Below are positions 41,078 to 51,002 of a DNA stretch of 64,000 bases, piece after piece (the first letter of the stretch is position 1; every line of letters starts with the position of its first letter). The position numbers and the translations under genes are program-made. The notes under the pieces were generated by a model. That model worked only from the letters and a program-made list of their open reading frames with translations. It was not told the origin of the DNA and did no database searches. The DNA is taken from positions 224,001 through 288,000 of the forward strand of contig CAVVCZ010000006.1 of NCBI GenBank assembly GCA_963746845.1, given 5' to 3'. This stretch comes from an uncultured Chloroflexia bacterium (GTDB lineage Bacteria > Chloroflexota > Limnocylindria > Limnocylindrales > CSP1-4).

Positions 41078-41833
41078 GTCCGATATCGCACGCCGCCGGA
41101 AGGCACATCCCTTTCCCGCCCAGCCCTCCGATTTCGGCCTCCGCTCTCGGACCGCTTCGGCCGAGATGGGATTCCGAATTCGGCGGGCGGGTGAGTCGCA
41201 GCGAATGGGCCGGTGATCGGGTCCGGCTACCGTGGCCGGCGATGGACGAAGAGCTCGAGACCGATTTCGACGACTGGCCGCCCGGGCCGATCCCCGTCAC
41301 GGATCCACCGATCATCCAGCCGGTGATCGGCGCCTACCACGCCCTCATCCAGCGAATCGCGATCGCGACGCGCGAGCATGGCACGCCGCCGGTCGAGGGC
41401 ATCGTCCTGGTCGACCTTCGGCGAGACCACGGCGCGACGGCGATCGAAGTCCGGCGGCGTCTCGGGTATCACCGGTCGACGATGTCCAGCCTGCTCGACC
41501 GGCTCGAGGCGGACGGGCTGATCGTTCGCGAGTCGAACTCCTACGACGGACGGCGGTACGACCTCAAGCTCACTCGTCGCGGCACGCTTCAGGCCGACCT
41601 CCTCCGGGACGGTTTCGGCGAGGTGGAGGCCGAGCTCCGGAGCTACACGACCCGCATCCAGCGGCACGGCGCTCAGGCGGTGTTCGAGGCCTGTATGGCG
41701 ATCAACCAGGGCCGGCACCCGCACTGGCGAGGGTGAGCAGTCCGCTGACCCCAGCTTGGTCCGATCTCGGAGTCCGAGATCGGAGCTCGCCCGCGGAGAG
41801 GGATGGGACTTCCGGCGGCGTGCGATTTCGGAC
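41078..41833. mobile_element. putative non-autonomous element: 76-bp imperfect terminal inverted repeats bracketing a MarR-like gene
   Basis: 41078-41153 vs reverse complement of 41758-41833 match at 59/76 positions by hand, without gaps; no TSD or transposase seen. Confidence 0.55.
41242..41736 (+). CDS. MarR-family winged-helix protein
   Basis: RSTMSSLLDRLEADGLIVR...DGRR..LKLT..G; ATG 8 nt after TACCGT. Confidence 0.82.
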   Translation: MDEELETDFDDWPPGPIPVTDPPIIQPVIGAYHALIQRIAIATREHGTPPVEGIVLVDLRRDHGATAIEVRRRLGYHRSTMSSLLDRLEADGLIVRESNSYDGRRYDLKLTRRGTLQADLLRDGFGEVEAELRSYTTRIQRHGAQAVFEACMAINQGRHPHWRG

Positions 41834-41836
41834 GAA

Positions 41837-42424
41837 TCAGGGGCGGGCAGGCGACGAGGGCCGGGCAGGCGACGCAAGCAGACGCCCCTCGAGCGCTCGC
41901 ATCTCCCTCTCCTCCCCAGGGTCGGCGTGGTCCCAGCCGCATAGGTGGAGCGCGCCGTGCGTCACGAGGAGACGGAGCTCGTCGGCGGGGGACCAGCGGA
42001 CGGACCCGGTCTGGCCGCCGCGGCCCTGGACGGCCTGCTCGGCCGCGCGCTCGACGGAGACCACGATGTCGCCGAGGTGCGTGCGCCGGCCGGGCGGGCC
42101 GGTGAACGCCTCGGGTGATCCGGCCGCCTGCGTGACCCGCCGCGAGGGGGCGCCGGGATGGGCAGGAAACGCCGAGGGTGGCAGCAGCGGAAACGACAGG
42201 ACGTCGGTCGGGCCGTCGTGACCGAGGTGCGTCACGTTCAGCTCGGCCAGCTCGGCGTCGTCCGACAGGATCAACCCCACGGACGCGGGCTCGGGCGCGC
42301 CGGCCGCAGACAGCGCGGCCGCGATCGCCCGGGCAAGGGCCGCGACGGCGATGGGCAGCGGGCGCGCCACCGTGTTGCGCACGACGGGATCGATCCGCCA
42401 GGGACCGGCGTAGACCGCCCTCAC
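41837..42424 (-). CDS. ybeY: rRNA maturation endoribonuclease YbeY
   Basis: PTDVLSFP, LGDIVVS, HGALHLCGWDH. Confidence 0.92.
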   Translation of the reverse strand: MRAVYAGPWRIDPVVRNTVARPLPIAVAALARAIAAALSAAGAPEPASVGLILSDDAELAELNVTHLGHDGPTDVLSFPLLPPSAFPAHPGAPSRRVTQAAGSPEAFTGPPGRRTHLGDIVVSVERAAEQAVQGRGGQTGSVRWSPADELRLLVTHGALHLCGWDHADPGEEREMRALEGRLLASPARPSSPARP

Positions 42425-44589
42425 GCCCCCGTGCCGGTGCCGGTGCCCCGTCGCGTCTCCAGCTCGACCACCTTGTTCTGCGGGTACGCGATCCGCTGGT
42501 GGTACATCCCGAGGAGCTGCTGGACGAACGCTTCCTTGATCTTCTCGACATCGCGCATCGTCAGGTCGCACTCGTCGAACTGGCCGTCGGCGATCCGCTC
42601 GTCGATGATCCGCGCGACCATCGCCCGGATCGCCGGCTCGTCGCGCGACGAGAGCGACCGCACCGACGCCTCGACCCCGTCCGCCAGCATGATCAGCGCC
42701 GACTCGCGCGACTGGGGCTTCGGCCCCGAGTGGCGGTACTTGCGCTCGTCGACTGCGGCCGCGGCCTTCGCGCCTTCGGCCGTCTGCGGGCCGCCGTAGG
42801 GTTCGGCCGCGAGGCCCTTGGCTCGTGCGTAGAAGTAGCTGAGATGCGCCGTCCCGTGATGCTGCGGGATGAACGCGATCAGCGCCTTCGGCAGCTTCGC
42901 CTTGTACGCGATGTCGATGCCGTCGGGGACGTGCGACTTCAGGACCTGGGCCGATGTCTCCGGGTCGAGCTCGTCGTGGATGTTCTCGCCGCCCGACTGG
43001 TTCTCGATGAAGGCCAGCGGGTTCGCGAGCTTGCCGATGTCGTGGTAGTACGCCGCCACGCGGGTGAGGAGCGGATCGGCGCCGATCGCCTCCGCCGCCC
43101 GTTCCGCGAGGTTCCCGACCATCAGCGAGTGGTGGTAGGTGCCGGGCGTCTCCACCAGCAGCCGGCGGAGGAGCGGCTGGGACGGGTTCGCCAGCTCGAG
43201 CAGCTGGAACACGGTCAGGATCCCGAAGACGCTCCCGAGGACGGCGAACAAGCCGACGGCAGCGACCGCCGAGCCCGCGGCGGCAACAACCGAGGCGCCC
43301 ATCAGCTCGATGACGCCGCGGGCGTCGTGCGAACCGAGGAACCCGAACATCGCGACCACGAGCACGTTGACGATCGCGACGGTCAGGCCGGATCGAACGA
43401 ACACCTGGAAGCGATCGCCGCGACCGATCGTGATGATCCCGGCCATCCCGCCGAGGAAGATGTACGTCACGAGCTCGAGCTGGGTCAGGGTCGGGTTCAC
43501 GGCCCCGCCGATCACCGCGATCAGGGCCATGACGATCATCGCGACGGTCGAGTCGAGAAGGATCGCGAGGAGCATCCCCGCGGCGGCCGTCGGGACGATG
43601 TACGCCAGACCCGGGCGACCGGCCGTCAGCTTCAGCAGGAGCGCCGTCCCGACGACGATCAGCCCGATCAGCATCAACGCATTCGTCCGGTGCCACAGCT
43701 CGCGGCGGAACCGCCAGATCCAGCTGAGCAGGACCGCGACGATGAGACAGGCGAGGAGGAACCAGCCCCCGAGCCGGAGGACATCGGGCTTCGCCTCGGT
43801 GAGACCGAACTTGTCGATCGCCTCCATGTCGACGTCGGTGACCTTCTCGCCGCGGCGGACGATGATCTCGCTGAGCCCGTAGTCGACGATGACGTTCGGG
43901 ATCGCCTCGGCCGCCTTGACCTTCGCCTGGTCCGTGAGGTCCGCGCTGAACGTGCTGTTCGGCACAATCAGGGGCGAGATCAGCTCTGCGGCGAGACTCC
44001 GCTCCTTGTCGTCGAGGAGGGCCATCTTCGTCGACAGGTTCACGCGGGTCGTCTCGACGTTCGTGTCGCGGAGCTCGTCACGCTCGGTCATGTCGAGGAC
44101 ACGCGAGGCCTCGGCGCGGATCGCCTTCCAGCGCTCGGCCGTCAGGCCCTCGAGGGTCGCGCGCGCCTCGTCGCTCAGGCTCGGCAGGGCGTTCTCGAGG
44201 ATCGCCTTCCGGGCATCCTCCTTCACGACGGGATCGAATGCCTGGTCGACCGGGGTGACCCGGTTCTCGAACGTCGCGAGCTGGACGCGGGCGATCCCGA
44301 TCGCCTTCTCGGCGGTGTAGTCGTAGACCGGCGCGATGGCCTCGCTCGCCTTGTCCTTCGCCTGCTGGGTCTGGATGGCGCTGACGTACGAGTCCTGGCG
44401 CGGCGCGACGATGTCGGCCGAGGCGACGTCGCCGACCGTGATGTCGAGCCGTTGCGGGACGAGGTCGAGGGCGAAGATCGCCGTCAGTGACACGATCAGG
44501 ATGACCGCCGAGATGACGAGGCGCGTCAGATCACGGCCGGTGAAGGTGGAGGCGGCCTGGGTCGCGCGGGTCGCGCGGCGGCTCAGCAT
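42421..44589 (-). CDS. 7TM-HDIG phosphohydrolase (PgpH-like, putative c-di-AMP phosphodiesterase)
   Basis: Extracellular domain plus about 7 TM segments, PGTYHHS, YYHDIGK, HHGT, MLAD.VEA. Confidence 0.9.
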   Translation of the reverse strand: MLSRRATRATQAASTFTGRDLTRLVISAVILIVSLTAIFALDLVPQRLDITVGDVASADIVAPRQDSYVSAIQTQQAKDKASEAIAPVYDYTAEKAIGIARVQLATFENRVTPVDQAFDPVVKEDARKAILENALPSLSDEARATLEGLTAERWKAIRAEASRVLDMTERDELRDTNVETTRVNLSTKMALLDDKERSLAAELISPLIVPNSTFSADLTDQAKVKAAEAIPNVIVDYGLSEIIVRRGEKVTDVDMEAIDKFGLTEAKPDVLRLGGWFLLACLIVAVLLSWIWRFRRELWHRTNALMLIGLIVVGTALLLKLTAGRPGLAYIVPTAAAGMLLAILLDSTVAMIVMALIAVIGGAVNPTLTQLELVTYIFLGGMAGIITIGRGDRFQVFVRSGLTVAIVNVLVVAMFGFLGSHDARGVIELMGASVVAAAGSAVAAVGLFAVLGSVFGILTVFQLLELANPSQPLLRRLLVETPGTYHHSLMVGNLAERAAEAIGADPLLTRVAAYYHDIGKLANPLAFIENQSGGENIHDELDPETSAQVLKSHVPDGIDIAYKAKLPKALIAFIPQHHGTAHLSYFYARAKGLAAEPYGGPQTAEGAKAAAAVDERKYRHSGPKPQSRESALIMLADGVEASVRSLSSRDEPAIRAMVARIIDERIADGQFDECDLTMRDVEKIKEAFVQQLLGMYHQRIAYPQNKVVELETRRGTGTGTGA

Positions 44590-44595
44590 CGGCGG

Positions 44596-45096
44596 TCAGG
44601 CGTCCTGCGGGCCGTCGCCATGGGACACGCCCGCGTGCGCCGCGAGATCCGTCTGGGCGAGGGCGCGGGCAACCAGCTCCGAGACGCGACGACCGTCGGC
44701 GCGGCCCTTCGTCCGCGGGGACAGCCAGCCCATGACCTTGCCCATGTCACGGGCGTTGGACGCGCCGGTGGCCGCGATCGCTTCGTCGACGAGGCGCTGG
44801 ATCGCCGCGTCGTCGAGCGGCTCGGGCAGGTATTCGGCGAGGATCGCGATCTCCGCCTCCTCCTTCGACGCGAGGTCCTCGCGACTGCCCTTCCGGAACG
44901 CCTCGACCGATTCGCGGCGGGTCTTCACCTCGCGCGTCAGGATCGCGGCGACGTCGTCGTCGCCGAGCTCGCGCCGATCGCGCTTTTCGACGGTGTAGAT
45001 CGCGTTCTGGGCCATGCGCAGGACATCGCGACGCAGCGAGTCACCCGACCGCATCGCAGCGGTGACGTCGGTCTGGATCCGATCTCGAAGGGACAC
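44596..45096 (-). CDS. yqeY: GatB/YqeY-domain protein
   Basis: RRESVEAF.KG.R.DL...E..E...L..YLP, DMGKVMG, RADG; follows rpsU. Confidence 0.9.
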   Translation of the reverse strand: MSLRDRIQTDVTAAMRSGDSLRRDVLRMAQNAIYTVEKRDRRELGDDDVAAILTREVKTRRESVEAFRKGSREDLASKEEAEIAILAEYLPEPLDDAAIQRLVDEAIAATGASNARDMGKVMGWLSPRTKGRADGRRVSELVARALAQTDLAAHAGVSHGDGPQDA

Positions 45097-45172
45097 CGGA
45101 ATGGCTACCTCGGGCGGGCGGGCGTCGCCGGATCAACGGTCGACGGGCCGGGACGCCCTGGGGCGGGTCGGC

Positions 45173-45358
45173 TCAGCCGGCCTGCGTTCGGGCGTTCTTC
45201 TTGCGCTTCGCTTCCTTGCGCTTCCGCTTCACGCTCGGCTTCTCGTAGTGCTCGCGACGGCGAGCCTCGGCGAGGATGCCGGACTGCTGGATCTTCTTGT
45301 TGAAGCGGCGCAGGGCGCTTTCGAACGTCTCGTTCTCACCCACACGGACTTCTGCCAA
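45173..45358 (-). CDS. rpsU: 30S ribosomal protein S21
   Basis: [24 protein letters not shown]; TTG start with GGAGGTG RBS. Confidence 0.96.
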   Translation of the reverse strand: MAEVRVGENETFESALRRFNKKIQQSGILAEARRREHYEKPSVKRKRKEAKRKKNARTQAG

Positions 45359-45461
45359 TCCCGGTTCACCTCCTCGCGGCTCAGGTCTCGATCGTGATCC
45401 GTTCGCTCGAAGCCGCAGGCGACACGGATCGCCCGACGCCACAGGGCGACAGGGCCGCCGG

Positions 45462-45490
45462 AGCATAGCCGAGCCCCAAAGGGTGGTCAA
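45462..45490 (-). promoter_or_regulatory. rpsU promoter TTGACC-N17-TATGCT
   Basis: Near-consensus -35 and -10 with a 17-nt spacer. Confidence 0.7.
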
Positions 45491-45609
45491 ACCCCCTGTC
45501 GAGCGGCCGGATCAACGCCCGGACCCACGTCGTTGTGCAATATCACTCAGAGGGAGCCGTATCCATCGCGGCGTCTGAATCGCCCCTCATTCGGCCTCAA
45601 GACCTTGTG

Positions 45610-46356
45610 TCATGCCGCGTCCGAGCGCACGACACAAGAATTCCGCCGCCGGACACGCTCACGGCGCCACGTCGGACCCGGAGTGCCGCCATACCCGGCA
45701 TTGGACAAGAACAGGAGTCCGCGGATCGGGCCGGTCGGCCGGCGCAGCCACGTGCGCAGCGCTCGTCCACGGGCAGGCAGGGCTGTATCGAACACCGGTT
45801 GATGACGTCGCACGCGCCCGCGGGATGTCGGCGACTCGGCCAGGATGAGGAGGCGGCTCCTCGTGATCGGCCGCCATCCTCGTGCGGTGGCGACCTCGGG
45901 CGCGAGGCGCGCCTTGCGGTCGAGGTCGTAGAGCATCGCCTGCAGGTCCGGGACCACCGACTTGACCTCGACCACGAGCAGCGATCGGGTGGACTCATGC
46001 CAGGCAAGGATGTCGATGGAGCCTCGCTCACCCCAGATCGAGAACGACGCTTCGACGGCCGTGGCCCATCCCAGGCGATCGAACATCGCGACCGCGGCGG
46101 CAACGGTCGCGGCGTGCGCCTCGTCCAGGAGTCGGTCGAGCTGCTCGCCGCGCCATCGAACACGCACATCCAGATCGGCGCCCAGGACCATCGCCATCCG
46201 TTGAAGGTCATCGAGGGACGCGCGCGCGAGTCGGCCACGTTCGACGTCGCTGATCACGCCACGCGGGACGCCGACCCGAGCGCTCAGATCCGCCTGCCTG
46301 AGGTTCATCCGGATCCGGAGCGCGCGAAGCGACGATCCAAGTCGGGCTGCATCCAT
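45610..46356 (-). CDS. XRE-type HTH + PD-(D/E)XK nuclease-fold protein (paralog A)
   Basis: LRALR...LRQ.DL...G...IS.VERG; GERGSIDILAWH...LVVEVKS; clear paralog of 60064..60852. Confidence 0.8.
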   Translation of the reverse strand: MDAARLGSSLRALRIRMNLRQADLSARVGVPRGVISDVERGRLARASLDDLQRMAMVLGADLDVRVRWRGEQLDRLLDEAHAATVAAAVAMFDRLGWATAVEASFSIWGERGSIDILAWHESTRSLLVVEVKSVVPDLQAMLYDLDRKARLAPEVATARGWRPITRSRLLILAESPTSRGRVRRHQPVFDTALPARGRALRTWLRRPTGPIRGLLFLSNAGYGGTPGPTWRRERVRRRNSCVVRSDAA

Positions 46357-46362
46357 CGACCG

Positions 46363-46393
46363 AGCATCTCGCGGAAGGCTTCACCGGCGGTCA
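46363..46393 (-). promoter_or_regulatory. TGAC-N7-GAAG box, N10, then -10 GATGCT; leaderless start
   Basis: Same spacing as 60027-60057 and 11296-11326; ATG 6 nt after the -10. Confidence 0.55.
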
Positions 46394-46418
46394 TCCCGCC
46401 ATCTACCATCGCTCGACC

Positions 46419-48164
46419 ATGGATCAACCCGCCCTCGACAGCGACGCAACGGCGGCGGACGGCGAGCGTCGTTCGGAGGTGACCACGAACGACGCCGACG
46501 AGCCCCGGACGCTGCTCGACCTGCTGGACGGAGCGTTCCGGCGCTACGCCGATCGCCCGGCGCTCGGGCTGTGGCGCGACAACGGCACGCGCAGCACCTG
46601 GACGTACCGCGAGCTCGATCGGCGCAGCCGGCTGGCCGCGTGGCGGCTGCGGACGGAGCTCGGGCTGCAACCCGGCGACCGGATCCTCACCTGGAGCCCG
46701 TCCGGGCCGGAGCTGCCGGCCGCGTACATCGGGGCGATGCGGGCCGGCCTGATCCTCGTCCCGCTCGATCTCCGGATGAGCCAGGATGCGATCCAGGCGA
46801 TCATCGTCCGCGCCGAGCCGCGGCACCTGCTCCTCGGGACCGGGCAGGACGCTCCGCACCCGTCGACCGCCGGCCTTGCCGAGTTCCCGACCACGACGGT
46901 CGACGACCTGACCGCCGAGCCGGACGACGCCGCGGTTGGCGACAGGATGGCGAGGACGGTCGACACGTGGCCGCGTCCCCGCCCCGAGGATGTCTGGGAC
47001 CTGATCTTCACCTCGGGCACGACCGGCACCCCGAAGGGCGTGATGATCGCCCACGACAACCTGCTCGCCACGATGGCCGCGATCAACCGCGTGATCCCGC
47101 CGCTCGACCATCGCGTGATCTCCGTCCTGCCGCTCAGCCACCTGTTCGAGCAGGCGATCGGGCTCATCTACGCGCTGAGCGTCGGCGCCGACATCCTGTA
47201 CGTCCGGAGCCGCAACCCGCGGGTCCTGTTCGCCGCCCTCCAGGCCCACCGGGTCACGAGCATGATCCTCGTGCCGCAGGTGCTCGACCTGTTCTGGACC
47301 GCCATCGAGCGCGAAGCCGACCGGAGCGGGCGACGCAAGCTCTTCGACCGCCTCAGGGGGATCGCGGGTCACCTCCCCTACCCGGCCCGCCGCCTCCTGT
47401 TCCGGAGCGTCCACGGGCGGCTCGGCGGCAGCCTCAGCCTGTTCGTCAGCTCCGGCGCGTTCCTGCCGCCCGCGCTCCAGCAGTCCTGGGAGGACCTCGG
47501 CGTCGTCGTCATCCAGGGCTACGGCAGCAGCGAGAACGGGTTCGGGACGTGCACGACCCACGAAGACCACGGCCTGGGGACGGTGGGGCGGCCGATGCCC
47601 CCGGTCGAGCTCCGGATCGCCGACGACGGTGAGGTCCTCTTCCGCGGCCCGACCCTGTTCAAGGGCTACTGGCGCGACCCCGAGGCCACCGCGCGCGCGA
47701 TCGACCCCGACGGCTGGTACCACACGGGCGACATCGGCCACCTCGACGATGGCGGCCGCCTCGTGCTCAGCGGCCGGACCAAGGACCGGATCGTCCTGCC
47801 GAACGGCTTCAAGGTCTACCCCGAGGACCTCGAGAACGCGCTCCGGATCGCGGGGATCCGTGATGCTGTCGTGCTCGAGACCGAGCCCGGCCGGATCGAG
47901 GCGGTGGCGCTGCTCCGAGGCGCCGGCGTGGAGACCGCCGAGGCCGCCAGGCCGGTGATGGACGCCGCGGTCCGGGCGGCCAACGCGAGCCTGGGGCCGC
48001 AGCAACGGATCGCGGCATGGAGGCTGTGGCCGGAGGACGACTTCCCGCGGACCCATACCCTGAAGATCCGGCGCGACCCGATCCGGGCGTGGCTCGACGG
48101 CGACGCGCACGCGGCCGGCGACGCGCACGCGGCGACCGAAGCGGCAGTCAGCTCGGGACGGTGA
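46419..48164 (+). CDS. long-chain fatty acid--CoA ligase (AMP-binding)
   Basis: FTSGTTGTPKG, QGYGSSE, WYHTGDIG, GRTKD. Confidence 0.92.
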   Translation: MDQPALDSDATAADGERRSEVTTNDADEPRTLLDLLDGAFRRYADRPALGLWRDNGTRSTWTYRELDRRSRLAAWRLRTELGLQPGDRILTWSPSGPELPAAYIGAMRAGLILVPLDLRMSQDAIQAIIVRAEPRHLLLGTGQDAPHPSTAGLAEFPTTTVDDLTAEPDDAAVGDRMARTVDTWPRPRPEDVWDLIFTSGTTGTPKGVMIAHDNLLATMAAINRVIPPLDHRVISVLPLSHLFEQAIGLIYALSVGADILYVRSRNPRVLFAALQAHRVTSMILVPQVLDLFWTAIEREADRSGRRKLFDRLRGIAGHLPYPARRLLFRSVHGRLGGSLSLFVSSGAFLPPALQQSWEDLGVVVIQGYGSSENGFGTCTTHEDHGLGTVGRPMPPVELRIADDGEVLFRGPTLFKGYWRDPEATARAIDPDGWYHTGDIGHLDDGGRLVLSGRTKDRIVLPNGFKVYPEDLENALRIAGIRDAVVLETEPGRIEAVALLRGAGVETAEAARPVMDAAVRAANASLGPQQRIAAWRLWPEDDFPRTHTLKIRRDPIRAWLDGDAHAAGDAHAATEAAVSSGR

Positions 48165-48711
48165 ACCCGATCCCGAGCGTGTTCAGCGCGTCCGCCACCT
48201 TCCCGGCGGTCGGGTCCGACGAGGCCGCCGGCAGCCACGAGTAGAGGATCAGCGTCGACCCGACCTGGCGGAGCACGTGCTGAGTCCCGAGCGGGAACTG
48301 GACCTTGCCGTTCCCCGTGCCGAGGTACCCCGCCTCCTCGTTGCCGGCGTCGACCGCGTGCGCCGAATCGGGAAACTCGTACACGACGATGAAGCCCTCG
48401 TCGGGTTGATCGGGCAGGACGACCTGGTAGACCGCCCGCGGCGCATCGCGCAGACGGCCCGATTCGGCCGGCTGGTACGGCCGGGTCGCGTCACCGAACT
48501 CGACGGCCACGGTCTGGAGCGCCCGGGTGATCTCGCCGCGCGTCTGGGCCGCGGCGGCACCGGCGGTCGACGACGGTCCGACCGATGGGGGTGCGAGCGA
48601 CGCCGCCGACTCCGTCGCGCCGAAGCCGCAGCCGGCGAGGCCGAGGGCAAGCGCGACCGCGACGACGACCGGCCCGAGGGCCGCTCGCCCGAACCGGATC
48701 CGGACCCTCAT
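48148..48711 (-). CDS. lipoprotein of unknown function
   Basis: LAGC lipobox; ATGA overlap with the HIT gene. Confidence 0.75.
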   Translation of the reverse strand: MRVRIRFGRAALGPVVVAVALALGLAGCGFGATESAASLAPPSVGPSSTAGAAAAQTRGEITRALQTVAVEFGDATRPYQPAESGRLRDAPRAVYQVVLPDQPDEGFIVVYEFPDSAHAVDAGNEEAGYLGTGNGKVQFPLGTQHVLRQVGSTLILYSWLPAASSDPTAGKVADALNTLGIGFTVPS

Positions 48712-49073
48712 CCGGGCGGCCAGTCGAACGCTCGGCCGCCCATCAGGTGGAGATGGAGGTGATCGACCGTCTGGCCGCCCCATCGACCGACATTGCTCAC
48801 GATCCGGTAGCCGGCGTCGGCGATCCCCTGCTCCCGGGCGATCTCGGCGGTGGTCGCGAAGAGCCGCCCGAGGAGCGGTCCGTCGTCGTCGGTCAGGTCA
48901 GCCGCCGAGTCGATGTGGACCTTGGGGATCACGAGGATGTGGGTCGGGCTGCGAGGCGCGATGTCGTGGAAGGCCAGGACCAGATCGTCATCGGCGACGA
49001 CCGTCGCTGCCAGCTCGCCCCGGACGATCCGGCAGAACAGGCAATCCGGGCGGGACGATCGATCAGCGGACAT
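48708..49073 (-). CDS. histidine triad (HIT) nucleotide-binding protein
   Basis: DCLFCRI, HILVIPK, GQTVDHLHLH. Confidence 0.95.
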   Translation of the reverse strand: MSADRSSRPDCLFCRIVRGELAATVVADDDLVLAFHDIAPRSPTHILVIPKVHIDSAADLTDDDGPLLGRLFATTAEIAREQGIADAGYRIVSNVGRWGGQTVDHLHLHLMGGRAFDWPPG

Positions 49074-50526
49074 CGACGGGCGCTCCGAGCGGGCCGGGGT
49101 GACGGGACAGCGACAGGATTCGGCCCACGACGCGGTCGCGCATCGAGGGGTCCACGGCGTCGACGACGATCCGCGCGACGGCGTTCTCGAGGTCGCCGTC
49201 CCCGGCGGGCGGCGACGCCGCCACGAGCGTGTGATCCGCGGCGTGACCGACCCACCGGCCGTCGTCGAGCCGCGTCTCCAGGAGGACGTCCGCCGTCGCC
49301 CCGACGTGCGCCGCGGCCCACCGAGCCCGCGCGTCGGCGCCGACCGCGAGGAGCTCGGCCGCGCGGCGCTTCTTCGTCGGCTCGTCGAGCTGGCCGGTCA
49401 TCCGCGTCGCGGCCGTGCCGGGTCGCGGGGAGTAGCGGAAGACGTGCAGCCCGGCGAGGTCGAGCGACCGGATGAAGCCGACCGAGCGATCCCACGCGGC
49501 GTCGTCCTCCGACGGGAAGCCAACGATCGCGTCCGCGTGGATCGCAACCCCGGGGAGTGCCGCACGGATCCGCGCGACGATCCCGGCATAGTCGGCCGAC
49601 AGGTAGCGCCGGCCCATCCGGCGGAGCACTCCGTCATCGCCCGACTGGAGCGGCAGGTGCACGTGGGGCATCGTGCGCGGCGCGCCGTCGGCCCAGACCC
49701 GGAGCAGCTCGTCGTCGACGTGCTGCGGCTCGATCGACGAGATCCGGATCCGCTCGACGTTGGTCTCGTCGAGGAGACGGCGGACGAGGCCGGCGAGGGT
49801 CAGCGCCGAGCGGGTGTGGGAGCCGCGGAAGCCGCGCTCGGACCAGCCGCCGTCGTATGTCCCGACGTTGATCCCGGTCAGGACGATCTCGCGATGCCCG
49901 GCCGCGAGCGCCGACCGGACGTCGGCCAGCACCACGTCCGGGTCGAGGCTCCGCTCCGCGCCGCGGGCGGCCGGAATGATGCAGTAGGTGCAGAAGAACG
50001 AGCAGCCGTCCTGGACTTTGACGAATGCGCGGGTCCGTTCGACCGACGCCCGTCCGTCGACGATGCCGTCGATCGGCTCGACGCCCGACAGGGTGGGCAG
50101 CGCTCGCGAGAGCCGGCCGCCGGCCGCCGGCCCGTCGGTCTCCCGCGGGCCGAGCAGCGTGTCCAGCTCCGCGAGCAGAGCGTCCTTCGAGCGGTTGTCG
50201 ACGAGACGCGCTGCGGGATCGGCGGCGCTGAAGGCGTCGCGACCGATCTGGACCGAGCAGCCGGTCACGACGATCTCGGCGTCGGGGCTGGCACGCCGGG
50301 CGGCGCGGACGGCGTGGCGCGATTTCGCGTCCGCCTCCACCGTCACCGAGCAGGTGTTGACGAGGACGAGGCCGGCCCGCTCCCGCGCGTCGACGACCGT
50401 GATGCCGCGCTCGCGGAGCCGCCGCGCGGCGCCCTCCATCTCGGCCGCGTTGACCTTGCAGCCGAGGTTCGTGATCGCCGCGGTGCGGATCGGCTCGCCG
50501 GCGCGAGCCGACGGCGCGTCCGTCAC
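49063..50526 (-). CDS. mtaB: tRNA methylthiotransferase (MtaB-like radical SAM)
   Basis: GCKVN, NTCSVT, TGC, QDGCSFFCTYC, YSPRPGT; position downstream of prmA. Confidence 0.88.
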   Translation of the reverse strand: MTDAPSARAGEPIRTAAITNLGCKVNAAEMEGAARRLRERGITVVDARERAGLVLVNTCSVTVEADAKSRHAVRAARRASPDAEIVVTGCSVQIGRDAFSAADPAARLVDNRSKDALLAELDTLLGPRETDGPAAGGRLSRALPTLSGVEPIDGIVDGRASVERTRAFVKVQDGCSFFCTYCIIPAARGAERSLDPDVVLADVRSALAAGHREIVLTGINVGTYDGGWSERGFRGSHTRSALTLAGLVRRLLDETNVERIRISSIEPQHVDDELLRVWADGAPRTMPHVHLPLQSGDDGVLRRMGRRYLSADYAGIVARIRAALPGVAIHADAIVGFPSEDDAAWDRSVGFIRSLDLAGLHVFRYSPRPGTAATRMTGQLDEPTKKRRAAELLAVGADARARWAAAHVGATADVLLETRLDDGRWVGHAADHTLVAASPPAGDGDLENAVARIVVDAVDPSMRDRVVGRILSLSRHPGPLGAPVDVR

Positions 50527-50981
50527 CACAGCTGCGGCTTCGTGCTCATCAGGAACCCGATCGTCCCGACGAGGGCGGCCATCGCGTAGCTGACGTAGCG
50601 CTGGCGCTTCGCGCGCTCCAGCCAGACCCGGTCGTCCGCGGCGGCACGGACGCCGACGAGCCGGCGCAGGTTCGGACGCTGCACGAAGAACGCGATCAGG
50701 AGGGTCGCCGCGTAGATCGTCAGCGCGACGAGCAGCCACGTCTGCTGGACGAGGCTCCCGCCCACGACGAGGAGCATCGCGGTGCCGGTCAGCGCCAGCC
50801 CGATCCCGATGATCACGGTTCCGTGGGCCTGCATCCAGAGCAGGAATCGGACGACGGCGTTCGGGCTCTCGTCCGCGGCCCGCCGCGTTCGCAGGGCAAA
50901 GGGCAGGAGGATCGACGGCAGGAACAGGCTGACGGCGAGCACGATATGCGTCGCGAGCAGGAGCGGGAACCAGGCGGGCAT
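50523..50981 (-). CDS. 4-TM membrane protein (DUF2269-like)
   Basis: Four hydrophobic helices, His in helix 1, LMSTKP C-terminus. Confidence 0.75.
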   Translation of the reverse strand: MPAWFPLLLATHIVLAVSLFLPSILLPFALRTRRAADESPNAVVRFLLWMQAHGTVIIGIGLALTGTAMLLVVGGSLVQQTWLLVALTIYAATLLIAFFVQRPNLRRLVGVRAAADDRVWLERAKRQRYVSYAMAALVGTIGFLMSTKPQLW

Positions 50982-51002
50982 GCCGCGAGATTGTAGGGCG
51001 GG

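Noticed and set aside
45610-46356. HTH-nucleases as restriction-modification or toxin-antitoxin components
   Set aside because: Neither copy has an adjacent methyltransferase or partner gene. A stand-alone defence role cannot be excluded.
48098-48134. 18-bp duplication (GDAHAA x2) at the end of the acyl-CoA ligase gene, and a 9-bp duplication at 54661-54678
   Set aside because: Small in-frame slippage duplications in unconstrained protein termini.
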